A DNA stretch of 64,000 nt from Candidatus Eiseniibacteriota bacterium. GTDB lineage: Bacteria; Eisenbacteria; RBG-16-71-46; CAVPCR01. The stretch is from NCBI GenBank assembly GCA_963702435.1, contig CAVPCR010000002.1:128001-192000 (forward strand), written 5' to 3'. This document shows positions 44,041-54,390 of the stretch, one piece after another. A program made the position numbers and the translations under genes. The stretch's first letter is position 1, and the number at the start of each line of letters is the position of its first letter. Below the pieces are notes generated by a model. It ran no database searches and was not told the origin of the DNA. It was given only the letters and a program-made list of their open reading frames with translations.

Positions 44041-46201
44041 CTCCGGCCAAGGCGGCCCCGAGCGCCAGGGCTTCCGGGTCGGACGGATGATCGCGGAGAA
44101 GCGTGTCGAGATGGGCGCGCGCCGCCCCGGGATCGCCCCGGTCGCGCGCGAGGAGCGCGGCCGCCAGCCGCGCCGCGCGATGGCGCGGATCGGCGGCGAG
44201 GGCAGCATCGATCTCGCGCGCGGCCTCCGTCGCGCGCCCGGCCTCGGCCAGGGCGAGCCCGAGATGCAAGCGGATGGTCGCCCGTCCCGGCGCCAGTTCA
44301 ACCGCTCGCTCGAGGTGGAAGAACCCCTCCTCGGCGTTCCCCGTCATGATGAGCGCCACCCCGAGCGCATCATGCGCGGCCGCCGAGTCCGGCCCGGCGA
44401 GGGCGATCCGGAGCGGCGCCACGGCAACCGCCGGCTCCCGTTTCCGGAGGAGCGCCTGGCCGAGGCCGAGCGCCGCCGGAGCGTGCCCCGGATCGAGGGC
44501 CAGCGCGCGCGCGTAGGAGCGGCCCGCGGCCGTGTCGCCGCGGGCCGCCTGCAGGCCGCCGAGCGCCGTCCAGGCCAGGGGATCGTCGGGATCGAGCCGG
44601 ATCGCGCGGTCGAGATCGGCGGCGGCCGCCTCGAGGTTGCCGCGCTCGCGGTACCACTGGCCGCGGTTCGCATAGACCCGCCCCACCTCCGGCCCGCGGG
44701 CCGCCGCTTCCGCGAATGCTTGCGCCACGTCGCTGGAATCTGCGCCGGCCCGGATGAGGGCGAGCGCACGGTTCATCGGCGGCACCCATGGGTTGCCGAG
44801 GCGGCCGGCGAGACCGAACCAGTGCGGATCCGTAGCGGCCACGGCGACCACGACGGCGGCCAGAGCGAGCGCGAGCGGGCGCGGGGCCCGGCGGCGCGCG
44901 GCGCGCGCGAGCCAGGCGGCGCCCCCGCCTGCCGCGACCGCGAGGAGCGGCACCGCCTGCACGCGGTAGCGCTCGGTCACGAAGAAGAGCGCGGTCGCGA
45001 GCGTGAAGGCGACGAGCGCGACGCGCACGACCTCGCTCTCGCGGCGAGCCGGGAGACCGCAGGCGAGCCCGAGGAGAGCGAGCGGCAGGAGGAGCCAGGG
45101 ACCGAGGAGCGGCAGCCGGCCGAACAGCGGCACCTCGTCCCCCACCCGCGCCCGATCGATGATCTGCGGGATCTCGGCCCGGTTCCAGACGAGGGCGATC
45201 TTCTTCACATAGAGCGCGAGCGCCCGCCCCGGCTCGGCGCGGATCCAGGAGAGAGCGCGCGCCGTCCAGTAGTCCGAGACCTCGCGTGCGCTCAGCGGGC
45301 GGCCGAGCGCCCGCTCGGCCGCGCCCCGCCCGCTCGGATCCCCGAGGTCGCCGGGGGCGAAGGCCACTCCCTCCGGTTGCACGTAGCCGCCGTCGGCGCC
45401 GGCGTGGTTCCCGACGTAGAAGTTGAACCCGCCGCTCGCCGTGACGAGCACCCATTCGCCGCCCGCGAGGCGATTGACGAGAGTCACCGGCGCGACGGCG
45501 AGCGCGGCGCCGAGCAGGAACGCCACCGCCGCCCGGCGCCGGACCGGTGCGGATCCGGGCGCCCGCGCGAGGAGCCACGCGGCGAGCGCCAGGACGATCG
45601 CGAGCGCGGTCGGGCGCACGAGCGCGGCGAGACCCAGGATGACCCCCGCGCCGAGGGCGCGGGGCGACGCGACCGGAGGGCGCGCCACCGCCCGCGCCAG
45701 CATCCACGCAGCGGCCGCGACGAGCACGGCGCCCAGCGCCTCGGGCAGGAGGAGATTCTCGTTGAGGACGAGCGGCCCGTAGAGAGCGGTCAGGAACGCC
45801 GCGGCGGCGCCGGCCGTCGGCCCGGCCAGGGCGAGCGCCGCGGCCCCGGCGCCCGCGGTGAGCGCGACTCCGGCCAGATGCTGCAGGAGGACGACCGCGA
45901 GCGGGCCATCGGGCGCGACCGCGTAGATCAGGCCGCAGAGATACGGATAGAGCGGCGCCAGGTAGAACGGCTCGCGCGGCCACACCTCGCCGGCTGCGAT
46001 CGCACGGGCCCAGCGGTCGTACGCCGCAGGATCGAGCACCGGCGCCCGGAACACCGGCTGGTCGAGGAGGGCGACAGTCGCGACACCGCGGGCGAGGAGC
46101 CCGAGGACGACAGCCAGGAGGAGAGCGCCCCACTCCCCGGCGATCGCGCGCCGCGCTCCGCGCCGCCCGGCGGCGCGCTCGAGCCGACCGTCCCCCGACA
46201 T
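44015..46201 (-). CDS. ArnT/PMT-like (GT-C) membrane glycosyltransferase with C-terminal TPR repeats
   Basis: LDPAAYDRWA..I, PFY.APLYPY, LL.E.L, LAALVRPT, GGFNFYVGN, FFVTERYR; several TPR units. Confidence 0.82.
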   Translation of the reverse strand: MSGDGRLERAAGRRGARRAIAGEWGALLLAVVLGLLARGVATVALLDQPVFRAPVLDPAAYDRWARAIAAGEVWPREPFYLAPLYPYLCGLIYAVAPDGPLAVVLLQHLAGVALTAGAGAAALALAGPTAGAAAAFLTALYGPLVLNENLLLPEALGAVLVAAAAWMLARAVARPPVASPRALGAGVILGLAALVRPTALAIVLALAAWLLARAPGSAPVRRRAAVAFLLGAALAVAPVTLVNRLAGGEWVLVTASGGFNFYVGNHAGADGGYVQPEGVAFAPGDLGDPSGRGAAERALGRPLSAREVSDYWTARALSWIRAEPGRALALYVKKIALVWNRAEIPQIIDRARVGDEVPLFGRLPLLGPWLLLPLALLGLACGLPARRESEVVRVALVAFTLATALFFVTERYRVQAVPLLAVAAGGGAAWLARAARRRAPRPLALALAAVVVAVAATDPHWFGLAGRLGNPWVPPMNRALALIRAGADSSDVAQAFAEAAARGPEVGRVYANRGQWYRERGNLEAAAADLDRAIRLDPDDPLAWTALGGLQAARGDTAAGRSYARALALDPGHAPAALGLGQALLRKREPAVAVAPLRIALAGPDSAAAHDALGVALIMTGNAEEGFFHLERAVELAPGRATIRLHLGLALAEAGRATEAAREIDAALAADPRHRAARLAAALLARDRGDPGAARAHLDTLLRDHPSDPEALALGAALAGAAGSTSRR

Positions 46202-46204
46202 CGT

Positions 46205-46561
46205 CTAGCCGCGATCGTCGCGCGGCGCGCAGCGCGCGTGGTAGATGCGTACGCCGCGGCCGCCGCGCACCCACTCCCGCACGATCAGGTCACCGGCCTC
46301 GATCGGCGCGTGACAGCCGAGACAGGGGGTCGCGGAGAGCACCACGACCGGTGCCGGCCGGGGCGCTCCGGCCGCGGACTTGGCGGGCAGGTCGGCGTCC
46401 GCCCAGCAGCGCGCGTGATAGATGAACTGCTGCTCCCAGAACCGCTCGTCGCGATAGACGACCGCCATCTCCCCGCCCACGATCGACAGACCGCACAGGT
46501 AGCAAACTTCACCGCCGTGCACGCACAGTTCCGGCGCGGGCGCGGGCGGCGGCGCGCTCAT
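46205..46561 (-). CDS. Small protein with two CxxC..HxxC zinc-finger-like units
   Basis: CYLCGLSIVGGE...YHARC and CLGCHAPIEAGD...YHARC. Start at 46561 or 46585. Confidence 0.7.
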   Translation of the reverse strand: MSAPPPAPAPELCVHGGEVCYLCGLSIVGGEMAVVYRDERFWEQQFIYHARCWADADLPAKSAAGAPRPAPVVVLSATPCLGCHAPIEAGDLIVREWVRGGRGVRIYHARCAPRDDRG

Positions 46562-46628
46562 GCCGTCTCCGGCGGCGCTGACCATGGCGACCCATCCGAG
46601 CGCGGGCTCGTGTCCATGACCGGGCGCG

Positions 46629-47657
46629 CTACTCCTCGATCGCGGGGGCGATCTCCTGCCCGCGGTCCCGATCGGAGGAGAAGTACAGGGTCTTCCCGTC
46701 CGGACCCACCGTCGGGCAGTACTCGTTGAAACGGCTCCTGACCGGCTCCGGCAGCCGCACCGGTTCCTGCCAGGTCCCGCCCTCCTTGCGTTCGCTCATG
46801 TAGAGGTCGTAGTCCTGGCTCTCGCTCCGTTGCGCGGCGAAGAAGAGGCGCTTGCCGTCCGGGGAGATGGCCGGCGAGTACTCCGCCTCACGCGTATTGA
46901 TGACCGGTCCCAGGTTGATCGGTTCGCTCCAGGCGCCGCCGGCGTCGCGGTAGGACTGCCAGATGTCGTAGTCACCGCGACCGGCCCGCCACTGCGCGGC
47001 GAAGAAGAGCTCCTTGCCGTCGGCGGTGATGGACGGAAAGCGCTCCTCGCCCGGGGTGGCCAGCGGGCGGCCGAGCCCGATCGCCTCGAGCCACTCGCCC
47101 TCCACATGAACCGACACGGCGAGATCGTACGCGCGCTGCACGGGGTCGCGGCGACAGAAGAGAAGCGTCGTCCCGTCCGGGAACGGGCAGGGCGCGATCT
47201 CCTCGAGACTCGTGTTGATCGTCGGCCCGAGATTCTTCGCCGGCCCCCAGCCCTTGCCCTCTCGCGCGCACACGTAGATGTCCTCGCCGCCGCGGCTGTC
47301 GGGGCGGTCCCGGGACGCGAAGTAGAGGAGTTCGCCGTCGGCGCTCACCCCCGGGCTCAGCTCCCGGTTCGTCGTGTTGACCGTGGGCCCCAGGTTCACG
47401 GGCACCGCCCAGCGTCCGTTCCCGAGGTCACGGGACATCCAGATGTCGTACCCGCCGATCGACCGATCGGGATCCGCGGGAGCCGGAGGCACGGCCACCG
47501 GGTCCGTTCCGCGCGGGCTCTGCCCGGACGGCGTGGCGCTCGAGGACGCATCCTCGGCCCGGCTCGATCGAAGCGCGCCCAGAGCCACGGCCAGGGCGAC
47601 CACCCCGGCCGTCGCACCGATGACGAGAGACTGCGTTCGTTGACCCCTTGGCTGCAC
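46629..47657 (-). CDS. Membrane-anchored/secreted PD40 (TolB-like WD40) repeat protein
   Basis: Repeated W..P.NLGP.INT...E.SP..S.DG..L.F.S.R..GG.DI; N-terminal hydrophobic stretch; AAGGAG before the GTG. Confidence 0.82.
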   Translation of the reverse strand: MQPRGQRTQSLVIGATAGVVALAVALGALRSSRAEDASSSATPSGQSPRGTDPVAVPPAPADPDRSIGGYDIWMSRDLGNGRWAVPVNLGPTVNTTNRELSPGVSADGELLYFASRDRPDSRGGEDIYVCAREGKGWGPAKNLGPTINTSLEEIAPCPFPDGTTLLFCRRDPVQRAYDLAVSVHVEGEWLEAIGLGRPLATPGEERFPSITADGKELFFAAQWRAGRGDYDIWQSYRDAGGAWSEPINLGPVINTREAEYSPAISPDGKRLFFAAQRSESQDYDLYMSERKEGGTWQEPVRLPEPVRSRFNEYCPTVGPDGKTLYFSSDRDRGQEIAPAIEE

Positions 47658-47855
47658 GCGCTGGCACTCCTTTCCACGGACGAACCCCGGGTCCGGCGCC
47701 GGGGTACCGGACTCGAATCCGGGATAGCTTACCATGGGCGAAGGAAAGGGCAGCCCGGACGGACGCGCGCGCTGCATCCCTGCGGGCGGCGCGCGGTCCG
47801 GGCGTGGGATGCGCGAGCACCGCTCATGGGCTAGAATCGCCGCTCGAGACCAACC

Positions 47856-48695
47856 ATGCGCACGACCAGCCGATTCGGCATGTCCCAGTTCGAGGGAGCC
47901 TTCGGCCCCGGGCCGCTGACCCGGGGCGTGAAGCAGCTCCTCATCGCCAACACGGGGATCTTCCTCCTCACCCAGCTGATCACCTCGTTCCAGTGGTTTG
48001 ACGTGTTCGGCCTCGTCCCGCGCGCCGTGGTGGGCGAGCTCCGCCTCTGGCAGCCGGTCACCTATCTCTTCCTTCACGGCAACTTCTGGCACATTCTCAT
48101 GAACATGTTCGCACTCTGGATGTTCGGCGTACCGCTCGAACGAGACTGGGGTTACGACGCGTTCATGAAGTTCTACTTCATCGTCGGTATCGCAGCCGGG
48201 CTGGCCACCTGGCTCCTCATGCTCGACTCCTCCGCGCCGACCATCGGGGCCTCGGGGGCGATCATGGGCGTGCTCGTCGCCTTCGCCCTGCTCTACCCGG
48301 ACACCCCCATCCTCCTCGCCTTCATCATCCCCGTGCCGGCCCGCATCTTCGTCCTCATCTACGCGGTGATGGAGTTCCTCTCCGCCCGCCGCTTCTCCTC
48401 GGACGGCATCGGACATGTCACCCATCTGGCCGGGATGGCCGCCGCCTTCGTCTTTCTCAAGGCGGACTGGCGGCTCGGCGCCCTGGTCCGCCGCGTCCGG
48501 CGGCAGGTGCGGGCGCGGTCCCGCGGCCTGCGCGTCGTCGAGTCGCCGCGGAAGCCGCCCGTCGAGCGACCGCGCGCGGAGGTCGGGGACAACGCCGAGG
48601 TGGACGCGATCCTCGACAAGATCTCGCGCGAGGGCATCGACAGCCTGACCGCAACCGAGCTCAAGAAGCTCCGCGAGCGCTCGGCGCGCAACTAG
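47856..48695 (+). CDS. Rhomboid intramembrane serine protease with a short C-terminal helical domain
   Basis: WQPVTYLFLHG..HIL.NM, GASGA, HLAG; tail VDAILDKISREGIDSLT..E; TAGAAT at 47832. Confidence 0.92.
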   Translation: MRTTSRFGMSQFEGAFGPGPLTRGVKQLLIANTGIFLLTQLITSFQWFDVFGLVPRAVVGELRLWQPVTYLFLHGNFWHILMNMFALWMFGVPLERDWGYDAFMKFYFIVGIAAGLATWLLMLDSSAPTIGASGAIMGVLVAFALLYPDTPILLAFIIPVPARIFVLIYAVMEFLSARRFSSDGIGHVTHLAGMAAAFVFLKADWRLGALVRRVRRQVRARSRGLRVVESPRKPPVERPRAEVGDNAEVDAILDKISREGIDSLTATELKKLRERSARN

Positions 48696-48783
48696 GCGCG
48701 CCGCCAGAGCCGGCAACAGCGTTCCGGCCACGAGCGCAGCAGCCTTCCGCCACCGGCGCAGTCCGCGCGGCGGACCTCCCCGC

Positions 48784-49860
48784 TCAATCGAGCGCGGAGG
48801 CGATGAGCGCCGCGATCCGCTCGGCCGCTCGGCCGTCCCCGTACAGATTCGGCCGCGGCTCCGCGGGCGCGAAGGAGCGCACGGCGCGCGCGATCTCGGC
48901 CCCGCTCGGCGGCACGAGCCGGTTCCAGCCGGCGGCCACCGTCTCGGGCCATGGCGTCTCCGGGAACACGGTGAGGCACGGCGTCCCGAGGAAGTAGGCC
49001 TCCTTCTGCACGCCGCCCGAGTCGGTGAGGATGAGCCGCGCATCGCGCTCGAGCACGAGCATGTCCAGGTAGCCCACCGGAGGGATCGCCACCACGCGGT
49101 CGAGCGCGGCGAGGCGCGCCTCGAGATCGTGCTCCGCCAGCGCCTTCCGCGTGCGGGGATGCACCGGGAACAGCACCGGCTCATCGAGCGCGGCGAGCCC
49201 GTCGAGGATCCCGCCGAGGGCCGCCGCCCCGTCCGTGTTTTCCGCCCGATGCACCGTCGCGAGCACGTAGCCGCCGGGCTCGAGTCCGTGTGCACGGGCC
49301 GGATGCGGCCGCTCCGCCGCGCGCGCGAGGTGCATCTCGAGGGCGTCGCGCATCACGTCCCCGGTCAGGTGGATGGCCCCGTGCACCCCCTCCCGCTCGA
49401 GATGCTCGACACCGCCCGCGGTGGGCACGAAGAGGAGATCGGAGGCGTGATCGACGAGGATGCGGTTCATCTCCTCCGCCATCCCCGGAAGCCCGGTGCG
49501 CACGCCGGCCTCGACGTGGCCGAGCAGCACGCGGAGCTTGGCGGCGGCGAGCGCCGCGCCGAGGGTCGAGTTGGTGTCTCCGAACACGAGGACGAAGTCG
49601 GGGCGTAGCTCCTCGATCGTGGCCTCCATCCGCTCGGCGACGAGACCGGTCTGCTCGGCATGCGTCCCGGATCCGACGCCGAGATGGCGATCGGGCTCCG
49701 GGATGCCGAGCTCGTCGAAGAAGAGCCGCGACATGGCGTGGTCGTAGTGCTGGCCGGTGTGGACCACCAGCTCTCGGCAGCGGGAGCGGAGCGCCCTCGA
49801 CACCGGCTCATGCTTCACGAACTGCGGACGGACTCCGACCACCGACAGCACGGTGCGCAC
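48784..49860 (-). CDS. wecB: UDP-N-acetylglucosamine 2-epimerase (non-hydrolysing)
   Basis: VG.RPQFVK, HTGQHYD, GDTNST, HVEAG.R, EE.NR..DH, TVHRAEN, PVHPRT, TDSGGVQKEA. Confidence 0.93.
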   Translation of the reverse strand: MRTVLSVVGVRPQFVKHEPVSRALRSRCRELVVHTGQHYDHAMSRLFFDELGIPEPDRHLGVGSGTHAEQTGLVAERMEATIEELRPDFVLVFGDTNSTLGAALAAAKLRVLLGHVEAGVRTGLPGMAEEMNRILVDHASDLLFVPTAGGVEHLEREGVHGAIHLTGDVMRDALEMHLARAAERPHPARAHGLEPGGYVLATVHRAENTDGAAALGGILDGLAALDEPVLFPVHPRTRKALAEHDLEARLAALDRVVAIPPVGYLDMLVLERDARLILTDSGGVQKEAYFLGTPCLTVFPETPWPETVAAGWNRLVPPSGAEIARAVRSFAPAEPRPNLYGDGRAAERIAALIASALD

Positions 49861-49927
49861 GGTCGCTCCTTCTCCTTCCCCGGCGTTCAGGCCGGCATCG
49901 AACCCGGCGGGCCGCGGGGCCGCTCCG

Positions 49928-49957
49928 TTGACGTCCCGCGCGGACCGATGGTAGCCT
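49928..49957 (+). promoter_or_regulatory. Putative promoter TTGACG-N18-TAGCCT (extended TG) for the beta-barrel gene
   Basis: Matches the window-wide promoter pattern. Confidence 0.55.
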
Positions 49958-50064
49958 GCGTCGCGTCCCTCGTGCAGCCGCGAACTCACGTCTCCGCGCC
50001 CCGCTCCGGGTTCCAGGACGGTGCCCGCGAGCGGCGGAGCAGGACCGCGAAAAGGAGTCCGACC

Positions 50065-50700
50065 ATGGCTGTCGCCATCTCGCTGCGGCTCGTCGCGCCG
50101 CGCGCCTTGATCGCGGCGCTCGCCCTCGCCGCGCTCGTCCCGGCCGGCGCCGGCGCGCAGACGCTCGGGACCTGGTCCACCGCCGTGCCCTACGGGGAGA
50201 ACGACTACGCGCTCGGTGGCTTCGTCCTCCTCGGCGAGCCGATCGGCCTCGTCGGGCACTTCCGCACCGGCATCGCGCCGCGCACCGACATCGGCATCCA
50301 GGTCGGCTTCCCGGACTTCGATCTCGGCGATGAGACCCTGTTCGGGGTGGCGGGCGACGTGAAGCACCTCTTCTTCCCCGAGACCGGCGAGTTCCCGCTC
50401 GACCTCGCGGGCGATCTCGCCTTCGGCTACCAGCATGCCGGCGACCTCGACCTCATCGACTTCGATTTCGGGCCGGTCGCCTCGAAGAAGGTGACGACCT
50501 CCGGCGGCACGGTGCTGATCCCCTACAGCGCCCTCATGTTCATGGTCGGCAACGTCGAGGACGACACCGACCTCGACGTGCAGGCGCGCTTCGGCCTCGA
50601 CTACCCGTTCGCGGCGGGCTACGAGCTCCTCACCGAGCTGAACCTCGGCAGCCGCGAGGAGACGATCTCCTTCTCGGCGGGCGTCACCGCGACCTTCTGA
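50065..50700 (+). CDS. Putative small outer-membrane beta-barrel protein
   Basis: AAGGAG RBS, signal peptide ending AGA, alternating amphipathic strands, C-terminal SFSAGVTATF. Confidence 0.7.
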   Translation: MAVAISLRLVAPRALIAALALAALVPAGAGAQTLGTWSTAVPYGENDYALGGFVLLGEPIGLVGHFRTGIAPRTDIGIQVGFPDFDLGDETLFGVAGDVKHLFFPETGEFPLDLAGDLAFGYQHAGDLDLIDFDFGPVASKKVTTSGGTVLIPYSALMFMVGNVEDDTDLDVQARFGLDYPFAAGYELLTELNLGSREETISFSAGVTATF

Positions 50701-50752
50701 AACCTCCTGAAGACAAGGCGGGCGAGGCGGGGCCCGCGGGAGGCCGCGGCGC

Positions 50753-52168
50753 TCAGTAGGCGTTCCGCTGGCGGTGGAGAGTGAAGATCGTCCGGAAGAG
50801 GATCCGGAGGTCGAGCCCCAGGGACCAGTTCTCGATGTAGTAGAGGTCGCAGCGCACGCGCTCGTCCATCGAGGAATCGCCGCCGCGGAGCCCGTGGATC
50901 TGCGCCCACCCCGTCATCCCCGACTTGACGCGCTGGCGGCGTAGGTAGTCGGGGATCTCCTGCGCCAATCCGGCGATGAACACCGGCCGTTCCGGCCGCG
51001 GCCCGACGAGGCTCATCTCCCCGCGCAGCACGTTCAAGAGCTGTGGCAGCTCATCGAGGCTCGTGCGCCGGAGGAAGCGCCCGATCGGAGTCACCCGCGG
51101 ATCGCTGCGGGCCGCGGGGATCGGCCCGCTCCGCTGCTCGGCGTCGGCGACCATGGTCCGGAACTTGAGCATCCGGAAGCGGCGGCCGTCGCGTCCGATC
51201 CGCTCCTGGGCGTAGAGGACGGGGCCGCGACCGGCAGCCTTGATGAGAAGCCCGATCACGGCGAACAGGGGCAGGAGAACAGCGAGACCACCGGCGCTCA
51301 GGACGAGGTCCATCGTGCGCTTGGCCGCGCCGTTCCAGCCGAGGAGCGGGAACTCGCCGAGGACGAGCGACTGCATGCCGAGGAGCTCGTCGGGCCGGGC
51401 CCGGCCCGGACCGAATGCGGTGAGATCGGGAATCCACTCCACATCGGCGCCGAGGGGAGCGAGCGCGGCCAGGAGCTCCGGCGCGCTCCCGCTCTCCGCC
51501 AGATCGAGCGCCAGGATCACGCGGTCCACCTCGCCGTTCGCGACCAGGCCGACGATCGCGCCGAGCGCCCCCCACGGCGGCGGCGCGCCCGGCGCGCCGC
51601 TGTCGTCGCCGTCGTCGCCGTAGCGTCCCACGAAACGCGCATTGGGCTCGGGCGCGTGAGCGAGCCTCGCAGCCAGCACGCGCGCCGTGGGCCCGCTCCC
51701 CGCCACGGCGAGGCGCGACGGGGTGAAGAAGCGGCGCGCGATGTGGCCGACGACGAGAGCGCGGCCCGCGGGCACGAGGAGCACGAGGAGGAGCACGGCG
51801 ATCAGCAGGGTGACGCGCGAGAAGCTCGCGTCGCGATAGAAGAAGCTCAACGCGAACACGACGAGCGTGCCCCAGCCGACGCCGCGCGGCGCGGCCGCGA
51901 GCTGCGCGCGGAGATCGAGCCGCTGGCGCACGCGGTAGAGACCGAGCGCGGCGAACGTGGGCAGCCAGGCCACGGCGATGACGAGGGCAGCGGCGATGTA
52001 CTGGCCGAGAGGCGGGATCCCCTTGGTCACCGGCACCAGGGCGGTGAGCGGGGAGTGGAACCGGAGCCCGTAGGCGGCCAGCACCGCAGCGAAGATCGCC
52101 GCGACGTCGCTCACCGCGAGAAGGGCCTGGAGACGGGCTTCGCTCTTGTGTCGCTCACTCTTGCTCAT
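50753..52168 (-). CDS. Undecaprenyl-phosphate sugar-1-phosphate transferase (WcaJ/WbaP-like)
   Basis: N-terminal TMs; KR.MD, QERIG..GR.F...[56 protein letters not shown]. Confidence 0.93.
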   Translation of the reverse strand: MSKSERHKSEARLQALLAVSDVAAIFAAVLAAYGLRFHSPLTALVPVTKGIPPLGQYIAAALVIAVAWLPTFAALGLYRVRQRLDLRAQLAAAPRGVGWGTLVVFALSFFYRDASFSRVTLLIAVLLLVLLVPAGRALVVGHIARRFFTPSRLAVAGSGPTARVLAARLAHAPEPNARFVGRYGDDGDDSGAPGAPPPWGALGAIVGLVANGEVDRVILALDLAESGSAPELLAALAPLGADVEWIPDLTAFGPGRARPDELLGMQSLVLGEFPLLGWNGAAKRTMDLVLSAGGLAVLLPLFAVIGLLIKAAGRGPVLYAQERIGRDGRRFRMLKFRTMVADAEQRSGPIPAARSDPRVTPIGRFLRRTSLDELPQLLNVLRGEMSLVGPRPERPVFIAGLAQEIPDYLRRQRVKSGMTGWAQIHGLRGGDSSMDERVRCDLYYIENWSLGLDLRILFRTIFTLHRQRNAY

Positions 52169-52246
52169 GTGGGACCGGGGCCCGGCCGGCCGGCCCCGGT
52201 GCCGCCGGCCGGCGAGGCGCGCCTCGAGGCTGGTCCGGGCACCGTG

Positions 52247-52337
52247 AGTAAATGGCAGCGACTCCCGGAATGTCAACGGTCCGTAGAGAGGTGGCGGCCG
52301 GGGTCAAGTTGACGCTCCTCCGGGGCTATGCCAAGCT
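52247..52337. promoter_or_regulatory. Divergent promoter pair: minus TTGACA-N18-TTTACT (52276-52247) and plus TTGACG-N17-CAAGCT (52309-52337)
   Basis: Read directly between the WcaJ-like and APC genes. Confidence 0.5.
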
Positions 52338-52500
52338 CCGCCCTCCCGGCATCGAAACGCCAGGCGGAGAATCGGAACCCTGTGTCACTAGCCCATCCAG
52401 AGGCCGCCCAAGAACCGGACGCCGGACCGGCCCGCGGCCCGTCCCCGAGCACCGCGCGCCGCCGGACGCCCCGCCGTCCCGTCCGCTCGCGAGCGCACCG

Positions 52501-54390
52501 ATGAGCGCCCCGCCCCGGGACGTCCCCGCCCCGGCACCCGGCGCCGAGGCGGTGGGACTCAAGGTCGCCAAGCCGCCGAGCAATCTGACCTGGCCGCTCG
52601 CCTGGGCGGTCGTCTTCTGCGACATCGGCACGAGCGTCTACTACGTGCCGGGCATCCTCTACGGCCAGGTCGGCGATCTCGCCACGCTCTTCGTCGTGGC
52701 GACGAGCCTCGGCTTCGTCCTTCTCGCGCTCAAGTACACCGAGGTCACCATCACGCATCCCGAGGGCGGGGGGGTCGTGAGCGTGGCGACCGAGGCATTC
52801 GGGCCTACGGCCGGTGCGCTCGGCGGCATGCTCATCACGACTGACTACTTCCTGACCTCCGCCATCTCGACGACCAGCGGCTTCTACTACCTGAGCTCGA
52901 TCTTCCCGGAGCTCGGTGCGCATGTCGTGGCGCTCACCGTGATCGCACTCTTCCTGATGGCGGTGATCAACGTCATCGGTATCCGCGAGAGCGCAACCCT
53001 CGCCCTCTTCTTCGCCGTCGGTGCGCTCGCCGTGAACCTGGTCGTAATCGGCCTCGCCCTGTTCCAGATCGGGCCCGCCGAGATCGCCCGGCTCGCCACC
53101 CATGCCGCGACCTTCCGCGCGCTCCCTCCCGGCGCGCTGCTCGTCGGGTTCTCGGGGGCGTGGCTCGCGTTCTCGGGGCTCGAGAGCGTGAGCCAGCTGT
53201 CCCCGGCGCTCCGCCGCCCGATCGCCCTCACCGCCCATCGCACGACGGCGGCCGTCATCATCACGATCCTCATCACCTCGCCCTTCCTCACCGCGCTCTC
53301 GATGGCCACGCTCAGCTCCGGGATCAAGAGGGAAGGCAGCGAGTACATGATCTCGGAGCTCGCGTTCGAGCATGGCGGGCTGCTCGCCCGGGCCGCCGTC
53401 GTGCTCACCGCCGGCGCGCTCCTCCTCCTCGCGGCCAACACCGCCATCATCGGCTGCTACCACGTCTTCCTGGCGCTCTCCCGGCAGAAGTTCATGCCGA
53501 AGCTCCTCGCATCGCGCAACCGCCGCTACGGCACCCCGCACCGCGCCATCCTGCTCGCCACCCTGGTGCCGGTGCTCGTGGTCGTCTTCACCCAGGGACA
53601 CCTCCAGCTCCTCGGCGACATGTACTCCTTCGGCCTCCTCGGCGCCTTCACCTTCACCGCGGTGGGTCTCGACGTGACGCGCTGGAGGGCGCGCCGGCGC
53701 GGATTCGTCTTCGTGCTCGGGATCCTCACCTCCGCCATGGTGGCGACGGCATGGGGCGTCAACATCGCGACCAAGCCGCTCGCCACGCTGTTCGGCGGGA
53801 CCGTGACCGGCATCGGGTTGCTGACGGCGCTCGCCATCCGCCGCGATCTTCCGGTCAAAGCCCTGAACCGCCTGCCGGCGGTGGCGCGGCGCGCGGCGCT
53901 GGTCCGCAAGCAGGTCATCGAGGAGGTGCTCGAGCGCGAGCCGATCTTGAACCTCGAGGACGCCCTGGCCGTGAAGACCCTTCTCCCGTCGACCACCATC
54001 GCCGCGCTCCGCGGGCGCAACCCGCGGCTCATCCACGAGGCGATCCGGCGGGCCAAGGCCCAGGGCGGAGTGGCTCTCTACGTGATCGCGGTGACCGAGT
54101 GGCCCGGGCTCTTCTCGGGCGAGCAGATCCGCCCGGATCCGGAGATCATCGCCGCCTTCAACGAGGCCGCCGAGATCGCCGCGGCCTACGACATCACGGT
54201 CGTACCGATCTGGGCGATCTCGGGCAACGCGGCGGCCACCCTGGCCGAGGCGGCGGCCAAGCTCGGCGTGGACGCGGTGATGGTCGGCGTGAGCCAGCGG
54301 ACGTCCATCTACCACATGCTGCGCGGGAACGTCGTGCGCACCCTGACGACGAGCCTGCCCGACAACATCCGCATCATCACCGTCGGCTAG
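52501..54390 (+). CDS. APC-superfamily permease with C-terminal universal-stress-like domain
   Basis: DIGTSVYY..G, P.GGG, DY.LT.AIS, N..GIRES, AFSGLES.SQ, GTP..AI, YSFG; cytoplasmic tail ..AAAKLGVDAVMVG.S.R..LRGNV. Confidence 0.85.
   Translation: MSAPPRDVPAPAPGAEAVGLKVAKPPSNLTWPLAWAVVFCDIGTSVYYVPGILYGQVGDLATLFVVATSLGFVLLALKYTEVTITHPEGGGVVSVATEAFGPTAGALGGMLITTDYFLTSAISTTSGFYYLSSIFPELGAHVVALTVIALFLMAVINVIGIRESATLALFFAVGALAVNLVVIGLALFQIGPAEIARLATHAATFRALPPGALLVGFSGAWLAFSGLESVSQLSPALRRPIALTAHRTTAAVIITILITSPFLTALSMATLSSGIKREGSEYMISELAFEHGGLLARAAVVLTAGALLLLAANTAIIGCYHVFLALSRQKFMPKLLASRNRRYGTPHRAILLATLVPVLVVVFTQGHLQLLGDMYSFGLLGAFTFTAVGLDVTRWRARRRGFVFVLGILTSAMVATAWGVNIATKPLATLFGGTVTGIGLLTALAIRRDLPVKALNRLPAVARRAALVRKQVIEEVLEREPILNLEDALAVKTLLPSTTIAALRGRNPRLIHEAIRRAKAQGGVALYVIAVTEWPGLFSGEQIRPDPEIIAAFNEAAEIAAAYDITVVPIWAISGNAAATLAEAAAKLGVDAVMVGVSQRTSIYHMLRGNVVRTLTTSLPDNIRIITVG

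Noticed and set aside
46558..46617. 19-codon ORF (MDTSPR...ETA*) whose TGA overlaps the zinc-finger ATG, as a Sec read-through or leader peptide
   Set aside because: The read-through frame gives no recognisable protein, and the ORF is too short to support. At most it is a coupling device.
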